Source: Candidatus Diapherotrites archaeon CG08_land_8_20_14_0_20_30_16 (GTDB lineage Archaea > Iainarchaeota > Iainarchaeia > Iainarchaeales > 0-14-0-20-30-16). Taken from it: a stretch of DNA of 32,000 nt. The stretch lies in NCBI GenBank assembly GCA_002779075.1, contig PEXK01000017.1:2079-34078 (forward strand), given 5' to 3'. Of this stretch, positions 16,419 through 24,234 are shown piece after piece. Each line of letters starts with the position of its first letter. Positions within the stretch are counted from its first letter, which is position 1. The position numbers and the translations under genes were made by a program. The notes under the pieces were generated by a model. The model made no database searches. It saw only the letters and a program-made list of their open reading frames with translations, and was not told the DNA's origin.

Positions 16419-17233
16419 TTAATATCCAATTTATTTATTTGTTGGGTTTTTAAAAATAATTTCATTTGTTCTATTGCAATTTTGTTTAATTTGATTAATC
16501 TTTCTGATTGTGATAAATGCTCTTTAATAAATAATGAATTTAAATTTTCCAAATTTGATAAACAAACTAGCTGAGACATATTTGCATAATCTCTAATATT
16601 TCCTGTTTTATTTTTATTATACTCCCCCCAATCTTTTGCAGTTATTCCAAATAATGCTATATTTAAAACATCTGCTTCGGAAGCATAAATGATATCTGCT
16701 TGTTTTTTTGTTATTTCTTTTGGAATTAAATTTTCTTTTATTGCATCTGTATGAACAACATAATTTATTTTTGCTAAATTTCTTCTAATATCCCAACCTA
16801 ATTGATTTTTTTCAGTTTCTTTTAATCTTTGAAATTCTTTTATTAAATATAATTTAAATTCGACAGAAATCCATGCAGCAAACTCAAAAGCAATATCTTT
16901 GTGTGCAAAAGTGCCGCTATCATATCTTCCACTTTTTGAAATTAACCCTATTGCATTAGTTTCTTCTATCCATTTTGATGGAGATATTGTAAAAGAATTC
17001 AAACCAGCATTTGATTTAACCGTGTCGAATCCGATACGGTTAAAATTAGGATTATATAATTTTTCCCAAATTCCTAAAAATTCTATAGTATTTCTATTTC
17101 TAAGCCAATTTATAATCACAAATCTAGGTTCTTCTGGATTCTTTTTTTTGGCAATATCAGTAATACAAATATACTCCTCGCTATTTTTTTTATAATATCT
17201 TATTTCTTTTTCTAAAACAATTACTTTGCCCAT
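16415..17233 (-). CDS. KilA-N domain DNA-binding protein
   Basis: 'ICITDIAKKKNPEEPRFVIINWLRNRNTIEFLGIWEKLYNPNF...GTFAHKDIAFEFAAWISVEFKLYLIKEFQRLKE...HTDAIKENLIP' closely matches the roughly 270-aa KilA-N proteins I recall as common in bacteria and phages. Confidence 0.75.
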   Translation of the reverse strand: MGKVIVLEKEIRYYKKNSEEYICITDIAKKKNPEEPRFVIINWLRNRNTIEFLGIWEKLYNPNFNRIGFDTVKSNAGLNSFTISPSKWIEETNAIGLISKSGRYDSGTFAHKDIAFEFAAWISVEFKLYLIKEFQRLKETEKNQLGWDIRRNLAKINYVVHTDAIKENLIPKEITKKQADIIYASEADVLNIALFGITAKDWGEYNKNKTGNIRDYANMSQLVCLSNLENLNSLFIKEHLSQSERLIKLNKIAIEQMKLFLKTQQINKLDIK

Positions 17234-17259
17234 ATTTTCACATCAATAATTATTTCCAA

Positions 17260-17448
17260 CTATACCCAAATTGGGGACAGTTCAAAGCGTATAAATTCTC
17301 GGTCTTTAACTTTTCCCCAATATTGCCTAGGAGTAGGGCTGTTAGTTAATACTTCTACAACGTCCACAACAGAAAAATACCATTCGCCATTGTGCCATAT
17401 TCTTCTTATCTTTTTATTTTGAAATACTACCAATGTATTTTCTTTAGT
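17260..17448 (-). pseudogene. Bro-N-like (phage antirepressor N-terminal domain) gene fragment
   Basis: This fragment is not in the ORF track. The complement reads 'TKENTLVVFQNKKIRRIWHNGEWYFSVVDVVEVLTNSPTPRQYWGKVKDREFIRFELSPIWV*', matching the Bro-N pattern 'F.gk.IR..w...e.wFsv.Dv...Lt.s..pr.YW.klK'. There is no ATG; an in-frame stop lies at 17461-17463 and only TTG at 17433 could serve as a start. The frame ends after about 60 codons, where full-length homologues continue. Confidence 0.45.
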
Positions 17449-17554
17449 CGTAGTTTCACATTATTACTATCTTTCCAATCTTACTCTTGCAATTGCTCTT
17501 GATCTTAGTTTTTTTATAACCTTGAAAACACTTTCATTTTACAAAAATTATATG

Positions 17555-19888
17555 TTATTTTGTTTTCTTTACAGTTTCTTTCTGTGAGGTTAAATCAATT
17601 TTTGATTGTCCGTATTTTGTTTGAATGTAAGATAAAAATTCTGTGTTAACCCATTTTTTCCATTCTTCCAATATTTGAGGATAATTTGCTTTTCCATAAT
17701 CTTCAATACTTTGTTCTTTCAACAAACGCAACTTATTTGTTGCTAATGTTGTATTCTCTGCTTCTAAAATATCTTTTATTCCTATTTTCTTTTTTACATC
17801 AACCAAATATTGTTTAGAATCTGCAAGCATTGAAATATTTTGCCAAATCTGGTTCATATTCATACCAGAAACTCTTTGTATTCTTTGAAATAATTCAGAA
17901 TCTTTCAAATTGTCTTCTAATAATTCTAACTTGTCTTTTTTTGCAGCATACAACATTAAATCTAAAAGTCCGCCTTCTTTTTCTGGATCTTCTGTCCAAT
18001 GTTTTTTTACTTCGGTAATTTGTGTCAATCTTCTGACTCTTTTTAATGATCCCTCAAACCTAATAGGCCTGCTTACTGTAATAATATCTGTTGCTTTGAA
18101 AGATGTTGTTGGCACACCCAAATCATTAACAACTCTATCCCAAACAGAATAAGCAGAATCACCGTGAATTGTTCCCATTACAACATTTCCTGCTGCACCA
18201 ACACGCATTGCTTCATAAAGAACTTTGGCTTCTAAACTTCTCACTTCACCAACAATTATACTTGAGTCTCCCAATCTCAAACCTGTTCTTAATGCCTCAT
18301 CAGGAGGTACTTCAATTCCTGTTTTCGAGACACTAATTGCACTTTGTGTTTTTAATCTTTGAATATTATAACCAATATTTTTCAAATACATTCCAGGAAT
18401 TTCTAAAGTGTCTTCTTGTGAAATTATTCTTGTACTTTGGGGAATTTCCAGCATCAAAGCAGAAAGCAAAGATGTTTTTCCAGAACCTCTTGAACCAGAA
18501 ACCATAATAGTTGCCTGCATATCAACAAAAAACGATAAAAGCCCAGCGCTCAAAGAATTCATACCATTAACTTCAATTAATTGTGGCAAAGTCCAAGGAG
18601 TATTTTTATGTAATCTAAATGCAAATGCAATACCATCAGGACTCAATGGAGGACCAATAACAGCAACTCTTGTATCAAAATCAGGCAAATCATAATCCAA
18701 AACAGGATGTGCTTCATCAAATGGTCTTCCAGATTCTGATCTTAATTTTGATACTACACTTTTTGCTTCATCAATAGAATATAAAATATTTGTTTTACAT
18801 TCCCCAAATTTAGAATGAATAATTTTAATCGGTTTACTGCCAATTGGAGAATCAACATAAATATCAGTAATTGTTCTATCTTCTAACAACAATTCTAAGA
18901 TGCCGTAACCAACTGTATATCTTGTCACAATTTCAGTTAACATTTCTTGGTCTTCTAAAGTTAAAGGCACTTTATAAGCTTTTGCAACGCCTTTTATTGT
19001 TGATAAAAACACTCTTTTAAAATAATCTTTTGTATTTGCACCAACAGTAATTGATGCGTTTGCAGGCCTATATTCTGAAACAATCTCTTTTGTTTTGCTA
19101 ATTACAAAATATTTGTCGGGGGTCAAAGTATATTCTGGTGGATTTATCAAATACCAATATTCTATTTGATCAGGATGTTTGAAAATTTGTACATTGTTAT
19201 CCTTCACCATATATTCATCTACTAATTGTAGACCCTTTGTTTCTCCAAATAATAATCTTGAGCCAATAAAAGAAGGTTTAATTTCAGCATTAAAAATTGT
19301 TCTATATAATTGTCCAGTGTCAGGTATGTGCGCTAAATCTTGAAGATAATGTTTTGTTTGCGAAATTATTTTTGTATCTTCAAGTTTTTTCAAAAGATAA
19401 ATTAAAGTTTCTAAATACGGTACTGCTCCTTTTTGATATGCATCAGACATTTTTGCAATTCTTAATTTTTCTTTTTTCAATTCCTCTAAAGCAGTTAAAT
19501 AAGCATAAATAGGATCATAAGCAATTAATTCATGTGCAACTCTTACCAAAATGGAATGTCTTGTTGCAGTATATTGTTCATTAACTTCCTGGCCATCGCT
19601 CAAATGTTCTGGACCCCAAACACCTTGCTGTTCAAAATCAATCATTAATTCAGCAATTTCATCAATAATTTTTGTTTGTGTCTCATCATAAACTCTTTCA
19701 TAAACATCAGCCAAAACAATCAGATCTGGTTTTTCTGATGATGCAACACTACAAGCATGCAATCTACAGGCTTTGTCTTCTGCTAAAGTAGCAGAATAAA
19801 CACAATTTTTACAATTAAAAACCAAATGTTTTTTTTCATTTATTGTTTTTACAACATGATTTCCAACTCTATATCCACCAATAATCAT
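17555..19888 (-). CDS. Type II/IV secretion-family ATPase (GspE/PilB/FlaI-like) with a long N-terminal region
   Basis: The Walker A motif is 'SGSRGSGKTS'. Also present are 'IISQEDTLEI', Walker B 'DSSIIVGEVR' and the His box 'GTIHGDSA'. I prefer the ATG at 19888 because the TATA-like 'tatatataaata' at 19907-19918 sits about 24 nt upstream of it. The track's GTG at 19906 abuts that element. Confidence 0.85.
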   Translation of the reverse strand: MIIGGYRVGNHVVKTINEKKHLVFNCKNCVYSATLAEDKACRLHACSVASSEKPDLIVLADVYERVYDETQTKIIDEIAELMIDFEQQGVWGPEHLSDGQEVNEQYTATRHSILVRVAHELIAYDPIYAYLTALEELKKEKLRIAKMSDAYQKGAVPYLETLIYLLKKLEDTKIISQTKHYLQDLAHIPDTGQLYRTIFNAEIKPSFIGSRLLFGETKGLQLVDEYMVKDNNVQIFKHPDQIEYWYLINPPEYTLTPDKYFVISKTKEIVSEYRPANASITVGANTKDYFKRVFLSTIKGVAKAYKVPLTLEDQEMLTEIVTRYTVGYGILELLLEDRTITDIYVDSPIGSKPIKIIHSKFGECKTNILYSIDEAKSVVSKLRSESGRPFDEAHPVLDYDLPDFDTRVAVIGPPLSPDGIAFAFRLHKNTPWTLPQLIEVNGMNSLSAGLLSFFVDMQATIMVSGSRGSGKTSLLSALMLEIPQSTRIISQEDTLEIPGMYLKNIGYNIQRLKTQSAISVSKTGIEVPPDEALRTGLRLGDSSIIVGEVRSLEAKVLYEAMRVGAAGNVVMGTIHGDSAYSVWDRVVNDLGVPTTSFKATDIITVSRPIRFEGSLKRVRRLTQITEVKKHWTEDPEKEGGLLDLMLYAAKKDKLELLEDNLKDSELFQRIQRVSGMNMNQIWQNISMLADSKQYLVDVKKKIGIKDILEAENTTLATNKLRLLKEQSIEDYGKANYPQILEEWKKWVNTEFLSYIQTKYGQSKIDLTSQKETVKKTK

Positions 19889-20154
19889 AAGACCACCAAA
19901 CTTCACTATATATAAATATCTTTACTTTTTAAATGTTTCTTATATATATACAATTATAAAATAGTGCATAATTTATGCATTAGATACATATATTTAAAAT
20001 ATATTCCTGTCAAATTTAATTACTCTTTTTAATTGCGAAGCAATTTTTCTGTGAAAACTGTTGCGAAGTAAGTGTAGAAGATTGGAAACACAAAGTTTCG
20101 AATCTTTTACAAAGTTTTTGGCATACCATGCCTTTTTGTGAAAAAGGCTGGAAA

Positions 20155-20226
20155 GGGGTTATCGTATAGTGGCTAGTACTACAGGCTCCAGACCTGTAAA
20201 CCAGGGTTCGAGTCCCTGTAACCCCA
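20155..20226 (+). tRNA. tRNA-Trp (anticodon CCA), intron-less, no encoded 3' CCA
   Basis: It folds by hand into a 72-nt cloverleaf. The acceptor stem is GGGGTTA/TAACCCC with discriminator A. The D stem is GTAT/GTAC, including one G-U pair. The anticodon stem is ACAGG/CCTGT with loop CT-CCA-GA. The variable loop is AAAC. The T arm is CAGGG-TTCGAGT-CCCTG. Confidence 0.9.
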
Positions 20227-20229
20227 TTC

Positions 20230-20252
20230 TTGTTTCTTTTTTGAAGAAACAA
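20230..20252 (+). terminator. Hairpin plus T-rich tract immediately 3' of tRNA-Trp
   Basis: A 9-bp stem, TTGTTTCTT (20230-20238) paired with AAGAAACAA (20244-20252), encloses the loop TTTTG. The 5' arm and loop form a pyrimidine/T-rich run (tttctttttt) of the kind used as archaeal oligo-T terminators. Confidence 0.4.
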
Positions 20253-20341
20253 AGTAGCTTCACGAAAGTTTGTGGATATCACTTCGTGAATGCAAACAAA
20301 AGTTTGCATATTTTATTATCCAATTATATTTAGGTGATTTG

Positions 20342-21088
20342 ATGATTGCAAAAACAAGTAAAAAAATAGGGGAAACGAAAATAAAACCTGTTGAAACAAA
20401 AATGGAAAACAAAAAAGAGGAAAAACAGGAGTTAAAAAATATTTATCTTGTCGATTACTGTATTAAAGATTTAACATTGAATAAAATAATAGAAACAAAC
20501 TTGCCAGAAAAAGCAAAAGCTAGTTCTGGAGAAAAAAGGGTTTTGTTCAAAGGCAAAAAACCTATATTAGAAGGTATGAAAAGCCTATTTCCAAAAGTTG
20601 AAGAAACCATAAAAAATTTAAAAGAAAATGAAGAAAAAACACTGGCGCTGAGTGCAATTGATGCCTATGGTTTTAGAAATAAAGAATTATTAAGAGTGGT
20701 ATCATTACAAGCATTCAAACAAAATAAAATAAATCCATTTGTTGGGCTTGTTTTTGAAACTGAAGGCCTGTATGGAATAATAAAAAGTATTTCTGGCGGA
20801 AGAGTAATGGTTGATTTTAATTCACCATATGCAGATCATGAAGTAGAAGTTTATGTCAAAAAAGTAAAAACCTGCAATGAAAAAGAAAAAATAGAAACTC
20901 TTTTGGATAATTTCTTTGAAAAAGCAAAAGCAAAACTAAAGAACTATCAAAACGACATTATTACTATTGAACTTACGCCTAGCGAAAATATAAACGCAGA
21001 GATGTACAAACAACTCTTTGAAGGTTTTTTTAAAAATTTTATAAAGTACAAAGAAATAGTAGTTGAAGAGAAAAAGCAAATTTTATAA
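20342..21088 (+). CDS. FKBP-type peptidyl-prolyl isomerase, SlyD-like with IF insert and C-terminal extension (long archaeal FKBP type)
   Basis: 'DAYGFRNKELLRVVSLQAFKQ...GLVFETEGLYGIIKSISGGRVMVDFNSPYADHEVEVYVKKVK' matches the archaeal FKBP pattern 'kAYG.Rn.eLiq.ip..aF......G.......g..a.v.ev....V.lDFNH.LAGk.L.F.v.i..V'. I place the start at the ATG at 20342. The track start at 20270 would run through the hairpins flanking the tRNA. Confidence 0.7.
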   Translation: MIAKTSKKIGETKIKPVETKMENKKEEKQELKNIYLVDYCIKDLTLNKIIETNLPEKAKASSGEKRVLFKGKKPILEGMKSLFPKVEETIKNLKENEEKTLALSAIDAYGFRNKELLRVVSLQAFKQNKINPFVGLVFETEGLYGIIKSISGGRVMVDFNSPYADHEVEVYVKKVKTCNEKEKIETLLDNFFEKAKAKLKNYQNDIITIELTPSENINAEMYKQLFEGFFKNFIKYKEIVVEEKKQIL

Positions 21089-21934
21089 TGAATAATTACT
21101 GATTAAAATAAAACCTGTATCGCTTTTTCTATTTCTTAATGCTTTATAATATGCTTTTGGATTTTGTGCGTGTGCACCCAAATATTTTAAACCAAATTTT
21201 GTTTCTTTGTCGTCTAATTTTGTAATTAAAATGCCTCCATATTCAGCAAATCTAATTGACAAATGAGGTTTTTTATAAACCCCCTTTGTAAAAAAACTTC
21301 TTGTAATAGATCTAAATGTATATCTTAATGATTCTAAATTACCATTTACTGTAAATTCACCAAAATAGGGAATTACTAATGTTCCTCCTACTTTTAAAGC
21401 ATTACACAAATTTTCTAATGCTCTAAATTTATCTATTAAATAAGGAAAACCAAAATCTTCAATAATTAAATCATAAGTATTTCTTGGCAATCTATCAGAT
21501 ACTACATCAAAACCTTTTACTCTATCTCTTGAGACAATATCTACACCATCATATTTAACTTTTATTTTTGATCCTTTTGTATTTGGATATAGTCTTGCCA
21601 AATCTTTTCCAACATTGCCAAAACCAGCACAAGCATCTAAAACCTTAACATTTGGTTTGCCTAATCTTTTTATTGTTTCAGTTACTGTTGGCAAACCTAC
21701 TTTTTGCATATCTAAATCGTAATTATCTAATGTCCTCATATTATCAGTAGTTCTTGGCAAATCCCTTGCAAACCTTGCTGCTAAGGATTTAGTTACAAAT
21801 TTAGTCCTTCTTTTTCGTATTCTATCTACAAAGTTTTCTGTTTGTAAAACCTCTTTAGGCTTACCAGTTACTCTTGATTTTAAATCTAAAAGTCTTGATC
21901 TTACTATGTATTTTAATCTGCTTGGAATACCCAT
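21083..21934 (-). CDS. Class I SAM-dependent methyltransferase with basic N-terminal extension
   Basis: Motif I is 'VLDACAGFGNVGKDL', the post-I motif is 'YDGVDI', and 'LKVGGTLVI' follows. About 80 N-terminal residues are Arg/Lys-rich. The 3' end overlaps the convergent FKBP gene by 6 nt. Confidence 0.6.
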   Translation of the reverse strand: MGIPSRLKYIVRSRLLDLKSRVTGKPKEVLQTENFVDRIRKRRTKFVTKSLAARFARDLPRTTDNMRTLDNYDLDMQKVGLPTVTETIKRLGKPNVKVLDACAGFGNVGKDLARLYPNTKGSKIKVKYDGVDIVSRDRVKGFDVVSDRLPRNTYDLIIEDFGFPYLIDKFRALENLCNALKVGGTLVIPYFGEFTVNGNLESLRYTFRSITRSFFTKGVYKKPHLSIRFAEYGGILITKLDDKETKFGLKYLGAHAQNPKAYYKALRNRKSDTGFILISNYSL

Positions 21935-21985
21935 ACATTATTTTATATACAATAGCTTTATTAACCCTTTTTCTCTTTTATTTAT

Positions 21986-23737
21986 ATGCAATTTGACGAG
22001 TTCTCTGAAAAGCTAAGTTTAATGGAAACTACAGAATCTCGCTTAAAAATAAGAGATTATCTCTTCGATTTGTACAATAACTTGAACAAAAATGAAAGAC
22101 AATTTACTACTTATTTATTACAATCCCGAATTTTTCCTGCATATTTGAACAAAGAATTAAATATTGGTCAAAGTATTATAATTCAAGCAATATCTAAAAG
22201 TTTTGGCCAGTCAATGAATGAAATAGAAAAGAAACATTTAGAATTGGGGGATTTGGGAGAAACTGCAGAATGTTTTGCAGAAAAAAGAAAACAAAAATCT
22301 CTTTTTTCAAAAAAAATAACCCTTTTAGAAGTTTATGATACTTTAAAAAAATTAGTAGATACCACAGGCAAAAACAGTACTGAAAGCAAGATAAATTTAA
22401 TTTCATCATTATACAATAACACAAATCCAAAAGAAACAAAATACATTACAAAACTAATTTTAAAAAGTTTAAGATTAAATTTGGGAATACAAACAATTAT
22501 TGAAGCATGCGCATTAAAAGTAATTAAAGATTTGGGATATAAAACACATGATGAAAATATGCAAGAGTACAAAAAAATAAAAGAAACAATTGATTTAAAA
22601 CAAAGTGTTTGTAATGATTTGGGCAAAGTAGTAAGCGACATTTGGAATTTTGGTTTCAAAAGCATAGACAAAATTACTATAAAACCAGGAATTCCAATAA
22701 AATGTGCTTTGGGAGAAAGAGAAAAAAGTCCTGAAGCAATTATTGAACGTTTGGGTTATTGTCTAGTTGAGGGCAAGTATGATGGGTTTAGAACACAGGT
22801 TCACAAAGGCGAAAAAATACAAATGTTTTCAAGAAGAGGAGAAAATAGTACAAATTATTTCCCTGAATTCGGCCCCCTATTGGAAAAGGCAAAACATAGT
22901 TTTATTTTAGATTGTGAGGCTATAGGTTTTAATTCGAAAACAAAAAAGTTCTTGAGTTTTCAAGAAACTATAAAAAGAAAACGAAAATACGACATAAAAG
23001 AAATGTCTGAGAAAATTCCAGTTAAATTAATGGTGTTTGATGTGTTATATTTAGATGGCAAAGAAACTTTGCAGCTGCCATTAAAAGAAAGAAGAAAGAT
23101 AGTTGAAAAAATAGTCAAAGAAATTAATAATTCAAACATACAAACAACAATTGCAATTAAAACAAATAAATCAAAAGAACTGAAATCTTTTTTCGATAAC
23201 TGTTTGAATTTAGGCCTAGAGGGAATTATGGCAAAAGATCTTAATAGATCTTATGTGCCAGGATCAAGAGATTTTGGGTGGATTAAATTGAAAAAAAATT
23301 ATCTGTCGGGACAAGCAGATAGTTTTGATGTTTGTATTGTAGGGTATTTTTGCGGTCAAGGTAAAAACAAAACTATGCCTTCAAGTTTATTGTGTGCAGT
23401 TTATGATGAAGATAAAAACACCTACAACGTAATTACAAAGGTTGGTTCTGGATTAACAGAAGACCAAATGATTTCTTTCAAAGCAGAGTTTGAAACTATC
23501 ACTACAAAGAAACCAGAAAATATAAACACTAATTTAGAGCCGGACATGTATGTTGAGCCAAAATTTGTAATTGAAATCATTTGTGACGAAATTACAAAAA
23601 GCCCATTATACAAATTCACAAAAGGTTTCTCTTTTAGATTCCCAAGATTTATTAAAATTAGAGAGGATAAATCTCCCCAAGATACAACAACAATTGAAGA
23701 AATTGAAGAAATGTATTACCTCCAACACTCTATATAA
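21986..23737 (+). CDS. lig: ATP-dependent DNA ligase
   Basis: The adenylation motif I is 'VEGKYDGFRTQVH' (KxDGxR). Downstream are 'FILDCEAI', 'LMVFDVLYLDG', 'EGIMAKD' and 'WIKLKKNY'. The length of 583 aa is typical of archaeal Lig. Confidence 0.9.
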   Translation: MQFDEFSEKLSLMETTESRLKIRDYLFDLYNNLNKNERQFTTYLLQSRIFPAYLNKELNIGQSIIIQAISKSFGQSMNEIEKKHLELGDLGETAECFAEKRKQKSLFSKKITLLEVYDTLKKLVDTTGKNSTESKINLISSLYNNTNPKETKYITKLILKSLRLNLGIQTIIEACALKVIKDLGYKTHDENMQEYKKIKETIDLKQSVCNDLGKVVSDIWNFGFKSIDKITIKPGIPIKCALGEREKSPEAIIERLGYCLVEGKYDGFRTQVHKGEKIQMFSRRGENSTNYFPEFGPLLEKAKHSFILDCEAIGFNSKTKKFLSFQETIKRKRKYDIKEMSEKIPVKLMVFDVLYLDGKETLQLPLKERRKIVEKIVKEINNSNIQTTIAIKTNKSKELKSFFDNCLNLGLEGIMAKDLNRSYVPGSRDFGWIKLKKNYLSGQADSFDVCIVGYFCGQGKNKTMPSSLLCAVYDEDKNTYNVITKVGSGLTEDQMISFKAEFETITTKKPENINTNLEPDMYVEPKFVIEIICDEITKSPLYKFTKGFSFRFPRFIKIREDKSPQDTTTIEEIEEMYYLQHSI

Positions 23738-23846
23738 TAAACAGATAAATTTTATGTGCGGCAAGGATACACACTAAACAGGTCAAGTTTATATGTTAAT
23801 ATTCTATGTTCATTATGTATTGGATAACGGTTAAATTGGTGACAGT

Positions 23847-24227
23847 ATGAAAGCACACATTAGAAATAAAGTACCAAAAGGCAAATTTGCAACTTACCAT
23901 TTAACAAGAGCTCTTTCTTTATCAGAAGTAAAAAACATCCCTTGCAAAACTATTTCTTGTTCTCCTAGCAGTTTTGGGCGGATTTCAAAAAAGGTAAAAA
24001 AATATTTGGCAGACAACAGATATGTCATAACTATTGAAAAAAATAAGGGCAAGCCTTTGCAGACAAGTCCAAAAAAGATTTTAGAGGCAATAAAATTGTA
24101 TCGTTCGGGAATGAGTTTCAGAAAGATAGAAAAAAAAATAGGGATTGCAAAAAGCACCTGCCATTATTTAGTAAGAAAAGCAAAAAAAACAAAAATAAAA
24201 AAAGGAACTGTAATTATTACTGTTTAA
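23847..24227 (+). CDS. Small basic protein with C-terminal resolvase/transposase-type helix-turn-helix
   Basis: 'ILEAIKLYRSGMSFRKIEKKIGIAKSTCHYLVRKAKK' fits the 'i..l...G.S.r.IA..lgvs.sTv.r.l' HTH pattern. There is no catalytic domain, and the protein is 126 aa. Confidence 0.4.
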   Translation: MKAHIRNKVPKGKFATYHLTRALSLSEVKNIPCKTISCSPSSFGRISKKVKKYLADNRYVITIEKNKGKPLQTSPKKILEAIKLYRSGMSFRKIEKKIGIAKSTCHYLVRKAKKTKIKKGTVIITV

Positions 24228-24234
24228 TTCATAA

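Noticed and set aside
13428-16574. Plus-strand ORFs inside the Schlafen-like and platform genes (13428-13673, 14245-14640, 15008-15247, 16069-16257, 16281-16574)
   Set aside because: All are antisense to long ORFs on the - strand that carry motifs, and none has a motif of its own. This is expected by chance in AT-rich DNA, where stop codons are depleted on the antisense of Lys/Asn/Ile-rich genes.
16899-19512. Plus-strand ORFs inside the KilA-N and ATPase genes (16899-17195, 17830-18018, 17910-18152, 18408-18695, 19297-19512)
   Set aside because: They are antisense to well-supported genes and have no recognisable domains.
20016-20309. 97-aa ORF on the - strand from the track
   Set aside because: It runs antisense straight through the tRNA-Trp gene and its flanking hairpins. 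The translation shows no recognisable motif. It is almost certainly spurious.
20270-20341. N-terminal extension of the FKBP gene (track start at 20270)
   Set aside because: The extension is encoded by the hairpin-rich tRNA flank and has an odd sequence (MWISLRECKQKFAYFIIQLYLGDL). The ATG at 20342 follows a TATA-like tract at an appropriate distance.
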